A stretch of DNA of 64,000 bases from Dehalococcoidia bacterium (GTDB taxonomy: Bacteria > Chloroflexota > Dehalococcoidia > Bin125). Each line of letters begins with the position of its first letter. The stretch's first letter is position 1. Under the pieces are notes generated by a model that was given only the letters and a program-made list of their open reading frames with translations, did not search any database and was not told where the DNA came from. A program made the translations under genes and the position numbers. Below are positions 27,590 through 36,558 of the stretch, in pieces. The stretch covers positions 2,261,405-2,325,404 of the forward strand of contig OZ220495.1 in assembly GCA_965116225.1 (NCBI GenBank), in the 5' to 3' direction.

Positions 27590-30211
27590 TTGGACGCTTG
27601 CATGGCCGGACCGTTGGACGGACTCGTCGCACTGGACCTGACCAGCGATGTCGCCGGTCCCTACGCAACGAAGCTGCTGGCCGATTATGGCGCGCGCGTG
27701 ATCAAGGCGGAGCCGAGGGGAGGCGATCCGTCGCGGCGCGCGGGCCCCTTTCCCAATCAGGTCGAAGACATCGAGGCTTCGGGACTCTTCCTGCATCTGA
27801 ATACCAATAAACAGTCGATCGTCCTCGATCCGCATACCGATGACGGCGCCGCGACGGTGCGTCGGCTGGCGCGCGTCGTGGACGTGGTCGTTGAAGACTT
27901 GCGCCCCGGCGACGCTGAGACCGCCGGTTGGGGCTGGGACACGCTGCATGCGATCAACCCCAGGCTGGTGCTGTGCTCGATCACCCCGTTCGGACAAACG
28001 GGTCCGTATCGTCACTACCGCGGTTCCGAGCTCGCCATGCAGGCGATCGGCGGGCCGCTCCACGCGACCGGCGCGGCGGATCGCGAGCCGGTCAAGCTGG
28101 CTGGACATTACGCCGGCTACCATGCGGGCGCGACGGCGGCGCTTGCGATCCTATTGGCGCTCAAGCGAATCGACGCGGATGCGGGCGCCGGCGATTGGGT
28201 CGATATCTCGATCTACCGCTGTCAGGCGGGCTGCCGCGATCGGCGCACGATTCAACTCGTGTCGGCGGAGTACAGCGGGGTCGCCCCTGGTCGAGCGCAG
28301 CCGACCCGCCGCCTGGTGGGCTTCGGGATGTACCCGTGCGCCGACGGCTTCGTGAACATCGTCGGCTCCGGTACCCGTATGCCGAGGCTGATGCGCTGGA
28401 TCGGCAGGGAAGATCTGCTGGAGGACGAGGATTACCTCGCTGGGCCGCGGCCGGGCTCCGGATTCGGCGCGCGCGTCGATGCGGCGATCGAGTACCACCT
28501 CAGGGGGTTGAGCAAGGTGGACGCCGTGGCATCGGCGCAGGCGGCCGGATTGTTGGCGGGCGCGGTGATGACGGTGTCTGACGTGCTCAACGACCCACAG
28601 CTGACCGCCCGCGACTGGTGGCACGAAATCACCCATTGGCACGGCGAGCCATTGCCGTACCCGGGTTTCCCGTTTCGGATGAGCGAGTCGCCGCCGTCGA
28701 GACCCAAACGTTCGCCGAGGCTCGGCGAACACTCCCGCGTAGTGCTCGACCTGACACCTCCCGATCCGTTGGAAGACATGCGACATCCCGTGCCCGAGGG
28801 TCCCTCCAGCTCGCTGCCGCTTCCGCTGGAAGGCGTCAGGGTCGCTGCGATCACCGTGGTCTGGGCCGGCCCACACGTCACCCAGCTGTTGGCTGAGTGG
28901 GGGGCGGATGTGATCAACGTGGAGCCGATTAATCGGGTCCAGCCCTACACCCGGGGCGCCGAGAACGTGCAAACTCGGGAAGCGATGCTGCGCGGTGCCG
29001 CCATCGGCGTCCAGCCGCAATACCCGGACGCCGAACCGGGCGATGAACCCTGGAACCGTTTCGCCTCATTCAACTCGCACGCGCGCAACAAACGCTCGAT
29101 GACCTGCGACATCATGTCTCCGCAAGGCAAAGAGGTGTTTCTCAAACTGATCGAGCAGTGCGATGTCCTGGTCGAGAACAACGTGCCGACCACGATTGAC
29201 AAGGCGGGGATCGACTGGGAGACGCTGCAGCAGATCAATCCGCGACTGATCATGCTGCGCATGCCGGCGTTTGGGCTCGAAGGCCCATACTCGTCCTATC
29301 GCGCCTTCGGCTTGCACGTCGAGGCGATGGTCGGGCATACGCACCTGCGCGGCTATCCTGATCGCGGCCCGGAGGGCATCGGCGAGACGTTGGCGAGTGA
29401 TGGACTCTCCGGTGTCCAGGGTGCGTTGGCGGTGATAATGGCGCTGCGGCATCGTGAACGCAGCGGCTTCGGTCAGATGATCGAGATGCCGCTCAATGAG
29501 GGCTTCATCCCGACCCTGGCGGAGTATCTCTTCCAGTACGCCATGAATGGTGTCGATCCGCCGCCACAGGCGAACACGCACGCGCATCGCGCGCCGTACG
29601 GCGTTTATCCCTGTCGCGGCGACGACCAGTGGATTGCCATTGATGTCTCATCCGACGCTGAGTTCGTCGCGCTCTGCGCCGCGCTGGCGGCCGGCCCCGG
29701 CGACGCGACCGTGCAGTCGGAGCTGGCTCACGCGCCGTTGGACACGCGGTTCGCGCAGGCCGCGGTCCGCAAGGCCAATGCCGCCGCGCTGGACCAGCTG
29801 ATCACCAGCGAAACCCGCATCTGGCATAAGGAAGACCTGTTCCACAAACTGCAGCAGGCGGGCGTCTGCGCCGCCCCGCTCAATGATCCGTTCGACGCGC
29901 TCTCGGACCGACATCTGCGCGAGGTGGGTTTCTTCGAGCAGATGACCGTGGATGGCGTCGGCACGCATCGGTATCCTGGTCTGACCTTCACGATGAGCCG
30001 CACGCCGAACCGACTGCGCACGCCGCCGCCCAAGCTGGGCGAGCACAATCGCGAGATCTACTGCGACCTGTTGGGCTACAGCGCCGAAGAACTGGCCCAA
30101 TTGGAAGAGATCGGGCTCGTCGGTACGGCATATCCCGACGAACTGCTGCCGCTGCACGCAAGACGATCCGTTCAGGCAACCGAACAGTCGCGACAACGAT
30201 CGGAGGACTGA
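27590..30211 (+). CDS. Tandem-fused family III CoA-transferase (two CaiB/BaiF-type domains in one 873-aa polypeptide)
   Basis: First domain LVALDLTSDVAGPYATKLLADYGARVIKAE...; second domain from about aa 415 VRVAAITVVWAGPHVTQLLAEWGADVINVE.... No stop codon between them. Confidence 0.75.
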   Translation: MDACMAGPLDGLVALDLTSDVAGPYATKLLADYGARVIKAEPRGGDPSRRAGPFPNQVEDIEASGLFLHLNTNKQSIVLDPHTDDGAATVRRLARVVDVVVEDLRPGDAETAGWGWDTLHAINPRLVLCSITPFGQTGPYRHYRGSELAMQAIGGPLHATGAADREPVKLAGHYAGYHAGATAALAILLALKRIDADAGAGDWVDISIYRCQAGCRDRRTIQLVSAEYSGVAPGRAQPTRRLVGFGMYPCADGFVNIVGSGTRMPRLMRWIGREDLLEDEDYLAGPRPGSGFGARVDAAIEYHLRGLSKVDAVASAQAAGLLAGAVMTVSDVLNDPQLTARDWWHEITHWHGEPLPYPGFPFRMSESPPSRPKRSPRLGEHSRVVLDLTPPDPLEDMRHPVPEGPSSSLPLPLEGVRVAAITVVWAGPHVTQLLAEWGADVINVEPINRVQPYTRGAENVQTREAMLRGAAIGVQPQYPDAEPGDEPWNRFASFNSHARNKRSMTCDIMSPQGKEVFLKLIEQCDVLVENNVPTTIDKAGIDWETLQQINPRLIMLRMPAFGLEGPYSSYRAFGLHVEAMVGHTHLRGYPDRGPEGIGETLASDGLSGVQGALAVIMALRHRERSGFGQMIEMPLNEGFIPTLAEYLFQYAMNGVDPPPQANTHAHRAPYGVYPCRGDDQWIAIDVSSDAEFVALCAALAAGPGDATVQSELAHAPLDTRFAQAAVRKANAAALDQLITSETRIWHKEDLFHKLQQAGVCAAPLNDPFDALSDRHLREVGFFEQMTVDGVGTHRYPGLTFTMSRTPNRLRTPPPKLGEHNREIYCDLLGYSAEELAQLEEIGLVGTAYPDELLPLHARRSVQATEQSRQRSED

Positions 30212-30213
30212 CC

Positions 30214-30807
30214 ATGCCGAGATTGGAACCGCATACGTTCGACGCGCTCGACGACGCGCAGTGCGCCCTGTGGCGGAACATCACGACCGGGCCGCGCGCC
30301 AATCCCGAACGGGAGCATGGCGGCTTGGCCGGCGCGGACGGCGCCCTAATCGGTCCATTCAACGCGCTCTTTCTCTCCCCCGAGGTCGGCGATGCGATTC
30401 AGCAGCTCGGCGCCTCGATTCGCTACGCGATATCGCTGCCGGCTGATCTACTCGAGGTGGCGATCTGCACGATAGGCAGACACTGGCGTGCCAACTTCGA
30501 GTTCTGGGCGCACGCACGGCTGGCGGTCAACGCCGGGGTCTCGGCCGATGCGATCGAGGCGATCCGCGATGGCCGCCAACCCGATTTCGGCGACGAGCGA
30601 CAGCAAACCGTCTATCGCTTCGGCCGCGAACTGATCGAGCGTCAGCGTGTCTCCGATGCGACGTATGAGGCGCTGAAGGGCATGATCGGCGAGCGCGGCG
30701 TGTTCGAAGTCGCCTCGGTGATGGGTTACTACGCACTGGTCTCGATTGGACTCAACACCTTCGATGTCGCCATGCCACCAGGTGTCGAGGCTCCGTTCGA
30801 CGACTAG
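30214..30807 (+). CDS. Carboxymuconolactone decarboxylase-family (AhpD-like) protein
   Basis: 197 aa; CMD-family helical pattern; ATG 3 nt after the upstream stop. Confidence 0.6.
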   Translation: MPRLEPHTFDALDDAQCALWRNITTGPRANPEREHGGLAGADGALIGPFNALFLSPEVGDAIQQLGASIRYAISLPADLLEVAICTIGRHWRANFEFWAHARLAVNAGVSADAIEAIRDGRQPDFGDERQQTVYRFGRELIERQRVSDATYEALKGMIGERGVFEVASVMGYYALVSIGLNTFDVAMPPGVEAPFDD

Positions 30808-30835
30808 GACGGTCCGTCAGCGACAGGAGACTCGC

Positions 30836-31645
30836 ATGCTTTCCGACGCTGACCGCGCGTTCTTCGACCAGAACGGCTATCTCATCGTCCGCCAGCTCAT
30901 TCCTCGCCAGATGGTGGCGGAGGTCGTCGACGGATCTGGGATTTCCTGGAGTTTGATCGCGACGATCCCTTCGACTGGTGTCGCGAGCCGCATCGCGTCA
31001 ACGGGATAGTGGAGATGTACCACGATCAGGCGCTCTGGGACGTGCGCCAGCATCCGCGCATCTACGAGCTGTTCCGCGACCTGTTCGGGCGCGACGATCT
31101 GTGGGTGTTCATCGATCGCGCCAACCTGAAGCTGCCGCCGAGGCGAGGCGCACTCCGAGTACGAGCACCCCATCCTGGTGCACTTGGGACATGGATGTGC
31201 GTCAGACGCCGACGCCATTCCTCGTCCAGTGCGTGCTCTATCTGGTCGATACCAGGCAGGGCGAGGGCGGGTTCCACAGTGCGTGCCGGGTGCGCATCGT
31301 CGGGCCAGCGCGATTGCCGCCGGCCTCTCGGACGACGATCTCCGCCACCAGCAGTTGCACGAACGATTCCCTGAGCAGATCGGGCCGCCGATCGAGATCG
31401 AGGCGGACGCCGGGGACTTCATCGTCTGGCACTCGGCGCTGCCGCACGGAAACGGTCGCAATCTCTCCGACAAGCCTCACCTGGCGCAGTATGCTCGACT
31501 GTTCCCGGCTGAACCATCGAACGAATCGCTACGCGAACAGCGGATCGCCTCCTGGTACGAGTCATCGCATCCGGCATTCCAGAATCCGAGAGCGTTCCCT
31601 GGCGATCCGCGAGGCAGGGATGCGATGACGCCGCCAGCTGTGTGA
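30836..31645 (+). pseudogene. Phytanoyl-CoA dioxygenase (PhyH)-family Fe(II)/2OG oxygenase gene disrupted by three -1 frame changes
   Basis: PhyH-like segments in successive frames: MLSDADRAFFDQNGYLIVRQL (frame 2), IWDFLEFDRDDPFDW...LWVFIDRANLKLPP (frame 1), WCTWDMDVRQTPTPFLVQCVLYLVDTRQGEGGFH (frame 0), CVPGAHRR...AGDFIVWHSALPHGNGRNLSDKPHLA (frame 2). Confidence 0.55.
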
Positions 31646-31685
31646 CGCCGTTGGATCGGCGGCTACTAGGCCTGGACGATTGGGA

Positions 31686-32666
31686 TTAGTCGCTCGGCGT
31701 GGATGATCGAGGCGCAGGCGATCGGCGCAACTGCACAATCGCGCTGCCGCCGACGAGCAGCGCAACGCCGATGAGCACTTCATAACCGAGCGCCTCGCCC
31801 AACAGCAGCCAGCTGAAGACGACGCCGCAGATCGGCGCAAAGAGCATCGTGGCCGCGACTTGCGACGGCAGATATCGCGAGATCAGCCAGAGATTGCCGA
31901 TGAAGCCGAGACCTCCGATCACGATGCCCTGATGCGCCAGTGCGATCACGAAGTCGGTAGTCCATATGGGACCGCTCGATTCCAGCGTCAGGCCGAGCGC
32001 GCCGAAGATCAGCACCGCCGCGACGGACTGCGTAAGCAGGAGCCGCGCCGGGTGGATGCGTTGCGAGAAAAAAGCCAGGTACACCTGCCGACCGCCTAGC
32101 ATCATGGCCGATGCGAGCATCATCATGTCTCCTTGGATCGTCGACCCTGGCGCTCTGAGTCCGCCGATGAACACTACGACGACCCCGCCGTAGGCGATCA
32201 GCAACCCGCCCGTCCGACGAATCGACATCCGGTCGCCGGGAATGAAGAAGTGCCCGAAGAGCGCGGTCCAGAGCGGGAACGAGAAGATCAGAACCGAGGC
32301 GTGTCCCGAGCTGGTCATGTCGCCGCCCGCGTACATCAGGTAGGTCTGGACGACGAATAGCGCGCCCAGGCCGATCAGCGGTCGCAGTTCATCTCGGATG
32401 GGGCGGACCGGAGTGCGTGTAACGATCGCATAGAGCAGGATGACCGCGCCGCCCAGCGCCATGCGGATCGCACTGAGTCGCAGTGGCCCTACGCCCTCGT
32501 CGAGTCCCGCCTTGATCGCGACCGGCTGCCCGCCCCAGAAGAGCACCAGGAGCAGGGCGAAGAGTCCGGCGTGTAGCGTTAGCGGTCGGCGCAGCTCAAA
32601 AGACTCAGGCTGTCCCGCATCACCTGGACTACGGCTCTGCTGCGTGGCTGAGGGCTGCGTCGTCAC
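31686..32666 (-). CDS. DMT-superfamily (EamA-like) transporter
   Basis: 10-TM pattern with duplicated EamA-like halves (LLVLFWGGQPVAIKAGL...). Start codon uncertain. Confidence 0.65.
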   Translation of the reverse strand: MTTQPSATQQSRSPGDAGQPESFELRRPLTLHAGLFALLLVLFWGGQPVAIKAGLDEGVGPLRLSAIRMALGGAVILLYAIVTRTPVRPIRDELRPLIGLGALFVVQTYLMYAGGDMTSSGHASVLIFSFPLWTALFGHFFIPGDRMSIRRTGGLLIAYGGVVVVFIGGLRAPGSTIQGDMMMLASAMMLGGRQVYLAFFSQRIHPARLLLTQSVAAVLIFGALGLTLESSGPIWTTDFVIALAHQGIVIGGLGFIGNLWLISRYLPSQVAATMLFAPICGVVFSWLLLGEALGYEVLIGVALLVGGSAIVQLRRSPAPRSSTPSD

Positions 32667-32693
32667 GCCCTGAAGATACGTCCGCCCCGATGA

Positions 32694-33782
32694 TTACTCC
32701 CTGTCTGGCATCGGAAACGCCCGAACGGCGGTGATCGCGGCGAGATGTTCGCGTAGCAGCGCCCAACGCGCTCCGCCATCAGTGGAGCCGTAGAGTTCGC
32801 CGCCGCTGGAGCCGAAGTACAGCCCCAGCGGGTCGCACGCATCCTGTCCCAGCGCGTGTCGATAGACAGTGTGGTAGAAACCGGACTGCGGTAGCCCGTC
32901 CGACAATCGATCCCAGGTCTGGCCGGCGTCGCGGGTGCGGTACACCGCGAGTGATCCGTCATAGGGTATCCGCGCCTGATCGGAGTCGTGCGGCACGAAG
33001 TAACAGACGTCGGGGTCGGTCGGATCGATGGCGGTGGGGAACCCGAACATGCCTGGCAGCTCTTCGCCGATTCGCTGCCAGGTCTGGCCGTCGTCGTCGG
33101 AACGGTACTGACCGAAGTGGTTTTGTTGCCAGAGTCGGCCGCGTTGACGCGGATGCGCGAACAGCGAGTGCACGCAGGGCGCGCCGAGCTGGAACTCGGC
33201 CGGAATGTGCTCGCTGAAGATGCCCTCATTGCGAACATTCCAGCTCTCGCCGCCGTCGTAGCTGACCATGATGCCGGTCGCTGAGCCGGCAACGACCAGG
33301 CGGTCAGGGTCGTCGGGATCGACGGAGATGCGGTGGATCACCAGGCCCGCTGCGCCCGGCTCCCAGTGTTCGGCAGCCGGATGCTGCGAGAGCGACTCGA
33401 TTTCGCGCCAGGACTCACCGTCGTCTTCAGAAACGAACAACGCGCCTGGCATGATCCCGGCGTACAACTGTCCCGGCTTCCCGCCGGGCTCGATCATCCA
33501 GATCGCCTCGACGGAACGCGCGCCATCGCTGAAGGCGGGCGTGGCGGCTTCGGTCCAGGTGGCGCCCCAGTCGGTGGTGTAGTGCAGACGCGGACCCCAC
33601 TGCCAATGGCTGGCAGCGCACCAGACTTTGCCGCTGCGCGGGTCGTACACGGCGTAATCGACCATCCAGCCGGGGCGCTGTAGATCAGACCACTGCCACT
33701 GTGCGCGACTGTCGCTGCTGCGACCCAACAACAGACCCTTGCGCGTGCTGACCAACAGACTGGCGTCACGTACTTCGTTCAT
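32694..33782 (-). CDS. BNR/Asp-box repeat (sialidase-like beta-propeller) protein
   Basis: Repeated S-x-D-x-G-x-T/S-W motifs (TTDWGATW, SEDDGESW, SYDGGESW, SDDDGQTW, TRDAGQTW, STDGGARW). ATG at 33782 overlaps the upstream stop (ATGA). Confidence 0.7.
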   Translation of the reverse strand: MNEVRDASLLVSTRKGLLLGRSSDSRAQWQWSDLQRPGWMVDYAVYDPRSGKVWCAASHWQWGPRLHYTTDWGATWTEAATPAFSDGARSVEAIWMIEPGGKPGQLYAGIMPGALFVSEDDGESWREIESLSQHPAAEHWEPGAAGLVIHRISVDPDDPDRLVVAGSATGIMVSYDGGESWNVRNEGIFSEHIPAEFQLGAPCVHSLFAHPRQRGRLWQQNHFGQYRSDDDGQTWQRIGEELPGMFGFPTAIDPTDPDVCYFVPHDSDQARIPYDGSLAVYRTRDAGQTWDRLSDGLPQSGFYHTVYRHALGQDACDPLGLYFGSSGGELYGSTDGGARWALLREHLAAITAVRAFPMPDRE

Positions 33783-34099
33783 TGCGGTTTCCAGTTCTTC
33801 AGAGAATTGTTCGGATGACACGGCGCACCTCCCGATACCGCGGGTAGGATGTATAGCCTGTCGCCATCATCGAGCGCGTCAGATAACTGCTCGCGATCCA
33901 TGATCAGCGCGTCGTTGATATAGATATTGACGTGTCTGCGCACGCGACGGGCGTCATCGAGCACGAACCGCTGTAGCTCGGGATAGGAGACGATCAGCGC
34001 CTCAATCGCTTCGCGCGCGGATGCGCCCTCGACCGCGACGGCGGGCGGCACATCGACGTGCACGCGAAGCCCGTGAGCCATCCGGATCTCGACGCTCAT
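33779..34099 (-). CDS. MoaD/ThiS-family ubiquitin-like sulfur-carrier protein with 15-aa extension after the GG motif
   Basis: ...RHVNIYINDALIMDREQLSDALDDGDRLYILPAVSGG matches the MoaD/CysO C-terminal pattern. The ORF continues APCHPNNSLKNWKPQ before the stop. Confidence 0.65.
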   Translation of the reverse strand: MSVEIRMAHGLRVHVDVPPAVAVEGASAREAIEALIVSYPELQRFVLDDARRVRRHVNIYINDALIMDREQLSDALDDGDRLYILPAVSGGAPCHPNNSLKNWKPQ

Positions 34100-34248
34100 G
34101 CACGCATCTCCATTCCTCCAATATTATAGATCAAGTGTTCGGTATTTATGTTGGCACGCGGCGGACCGGCTCAGACGACCGACTTGCCCTCAGATCCGCC
34201 TACAGCCGTATCGTATCGATGTCGGAGAGGCTAGAGAGGACGTGCGCG

Positions 34249-34650
34249 ATGATCCAGGTCTTGGCGATGGATCACATCGTCTTGCGCGTGTCGGACGTCG
34301 AGCGCTCGCTGCGCTGGTATACGCAGCGGCTCGGCCTGTTGCCGCTGCGGGTCGATGACTGGCGGTCGGGCGCGTGTCTGTTTCCCTCAGTCCGCGTCTC
34401 GGCGGACACGCTGATCGACCTGGTCGAAGCTCCGAGCGGGAGCGAAGCCGACCCGATCTCACGCAATCTTGACCACTTCTGCCTGGTGGTCTCGGCCGAC
34501 GATCTCGCGCAGGCGCGTCAGTCGAGCGACTTCGTCATCATCCGCGATCCCGACGTCGAGCTGTTCGGAGCGCGCGGATACGCCGACGGGCTGTACATCG
34601 CCGATCCGGACGGCAACGAGATCGAGCTGCGCGCCTATCACCGCGCCTGA
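34249..34650 (+). CDS. VOC-family (glyoxalase/bleomycin-resistance/dioxygenase fold) protein
   Basis: MIQVLAMDHIVLRVSDVERSLRWYTQRLGL... is the typical VOC N-terminus. GAGAGGA RBS 8 nt upstream of ATG 34249. Confidence 0.65.
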   Translation: MIQVLAMDHIVLRVSDVERSLRWYTQRLGLLPLRVDDWRSGACLFPSVRVSADTLIDLVEAPSGSEADPISRNLDHFCLVVSADDLAQARQSSDFVIIRDPDVELFGARGYADGLYIADPDGNEIELRAYHRA

Positions 34651-34730
34651 TATGGCTTGCGCATGATCTGCGATAACCTGAAGCGCGGTTGATCCGCTTG
34701 CGCATGAGCAAGCATATGAAGGAGCGTGCG

Positions 34731-35192
34731 ATGTCTGCGCATCACGCTGACGCGAAGGCCCGAGATATGGGTCTTGATCTGTCCACGAATCCGCCGCTGG
34801 CGAACTATGTGCCGGCGGTGCGCGCCGGAAACCTGGTATTTCTCTCGGGCCATGGGCCATTCCAGGACGGCGAGCTGATTCGCGGCAAGTTGGGTACCGA
34901 TATGGATGTCGACGCCGGCTACCAGGCTGCGCGCGCGGCCATGGTGCAACTGCTGGGCTCGTTGCGAGCCGAGATCGGATCGCTCGACCGCGTCTCGCGT
35001 ATCGTCAAGCTGCTTTGCATGGTCAACTGCACGCCTGATTTCAGCAACCACCCTGGTGTCGCCAACGGCGCCTCCGACCTGCTGGTCGATCTGTTCGGTG
35101 ATTCAGGGCGACACGCCCGATCGGCTGTCGGCATGCAGTCGTTGCCGATGGGCATGGCGGTCGAGATCGAGATGATCGTCGAAATCGAATGA
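34731..35192 (+). CDS. RidA/YjgF/TdcF-family enamine/imine deaminase
   Basis: GAAGGAG RBS 6 nt upstream of ATG 34731. 153 aa with a RidA-family pattern (...LVFLSGHGP...R...). Confidence 0.6.
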   Translation: MSAHHADAKARDMGLDLSTNPPLANYVPAVRAGNLVFLSGHGPFQDGELIRGKLGTDMDVDAGYQAARAAMVQLLGSLRAEIGSLDRVSRIVKLLCMVNCTPDFSNHPGVANGASDLLVDLFGDSGRHARSAVGMQSLPMGMAVEIEMIVEIE

Positions 35193-35273
35193 CGTAATCC
35201 GCCCCTACGCTGTCGCGCCCGGGCAGACCGGAGCGTGTATCCGGGGGATCAGACGCACGGAAGGAGGAGCGAG

Positions 35274-36278
35274 ATGCGACTGGGAATATTGGCTGGCTTC
35301 AGCGCCGACTGGCGCGACACGCTGGAGAAGGTGCGGATCGCTGAGGACCTCGGCTACGAAATAGTCTCGACCGGCGAGGCGTGGGGACACTCGGTGTTGC
35401 CCTGGCTCACCGTGATCGCCGCGAATACCGAGAAGATCCAGATTGGGACCGGCATCCTGAACACGTTCTCGCGCACGCCGGCAGCGATTGCGCAGGAGTT
35501 CGCGACGCTGGAAACGATCTCGGGAGGGCGAATGGTGTGCGGGCTGGGGTCGTCGGGGAACTTGGTGATCGAGGGGTTCCACGGTGTCGAGTTTGACCGA
35601 CCGTTACGGCGAATCCGCGAGTACACCGAGGTTATCAAAATGTTGCTGCGCGGTGAGCGTCTGCACTACGAGGGCGCTATCTACAATTTACAGCGCGGCT
35701 TCCGTCTGTTGGGCTACGAACCGGTGCGCGAGAATCTGCCCGTCTGGATCGCCGCGATCACGCCGCGTTCGATCCAGCAGACTGGCGAGATCGCGGACGG
35801 CATCTATCCAATTCACTGGCCCAGGCGCGCCTTCGAACCGCTTAAGCGACAACTCGTTGGCGCCTCGCGCGACGCCGCCCGAGCCGAGGATTCAGTCACG
35901 ATCGCGCCGTTCACCAATGTCTACGTGACCGGCGAGGGTGACGACGAACAGGTCTGGCGCAACGCCCGCCAGCCGCTGTTCCACTACACCAACCGGATGG
36001 GATCGTTCTACTGGCAGATGCTCTCGCGTTCCGGCTTCGAGTCCGAGATCAACGAGTCCCGCGCAGCCTGGGCCGACCGCGACTCCGAGGGTGCGCTGAT
36101 GGCGTTCTCAGAGAGCATGGTCCGCGAGATCCAGGTGATCGGTCCGATCGGCTCAATCACGGAACAGCTGCAGGCGCGTTCCGAGGCCGGTGCCGAACTG
36201 CAGATGATCCCGCTGCCCTCCGGTACGACCGCAGAGGTCGGGCGTCGGCTCGAGCAGTACCTGGGCAGCTCAGTCTGA
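35274..36278 (+). CDS. LLM-class (luciferase-like) flavin/F420-dependent oxidoreductase
   Basis: MRLGILAGFSADW...LGYEIVSTGEAWGHSVLPWLTVIAANTEKIQIGTGIL is an LLM TIM-barrel N-terminus. GGAGGAG RBS upstream. Confidence 0.75.
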   Translation: MRLGILAGFSADWRDTLEKVRIAEDLGYEIVSTGEAWGHSVLPWLTVIAANTEKIQIGTGILNTFSRTPAAIAQEFATLETISGGRMVCGLGSSGNLVIEGFHGVEFDRPLRRIREYTEVIKMLLRGERLHYEGAIYNLQRGFRLLGYEPVRENLPVWIAAITPRSIQQTGEIADGIYPIHWPRRAFEPLKRQLVGASRDAARAEDSVTIAPFTNVYVTGEGDDEQVWRNARQPLFHYTNRMGSFYWQMLSRSGFESEINESRAAWADRDSEGALMAFSESMVREIQVIGPIGSITEQLQARSEAGAELQMIPLPSGTTAEVGRRLEQYLGSSV

Positions 36279-36293
36279 CTGAGTGCTCGAACG

Positions 36294-36545
36294 ATGTCCG
36301 AGCGGCGGATCGCGATCGAAATCGTCTACTGCGCCGACTGCGGCTACTGGCCCCGCGCGGCCTGGATGCTTGGCGAGCTGATGACCGATATCCAGCATCT
36401 GGTCTCGAACGTCACACTGATCCCCGACACGAGGGGATTGTTCGAGTGGTCGATCGACGGCGAACTGGTCTTCAGCAAGGCCGCCATGGGTCGCTTCCCT
36501 GACATGGATGAGCTGCGCGAGTTGATCTACGCTCGGCTCGACTGA
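36294..36545 (+). CDS. Rdx/SelW/SelT-family thioredoxin-fold protein (Cys form, CxxC)
   Basis: IAIEIVYCADCGYWPRAAWMLGEL...GLFEWSIDGELVFSK matches the Rdx family with a CADC redox motif. Confidence 0.7.
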   Translation: MSERRIAIEIVYCADCGYWPRAAWMLGELMTDIQHLVSNVTLIPDTRGLFEWSIDGELVFSKAAMGRFPDMDELRELIYARLD

Positions 36546-36558
36546 GCCACAGACCGAG

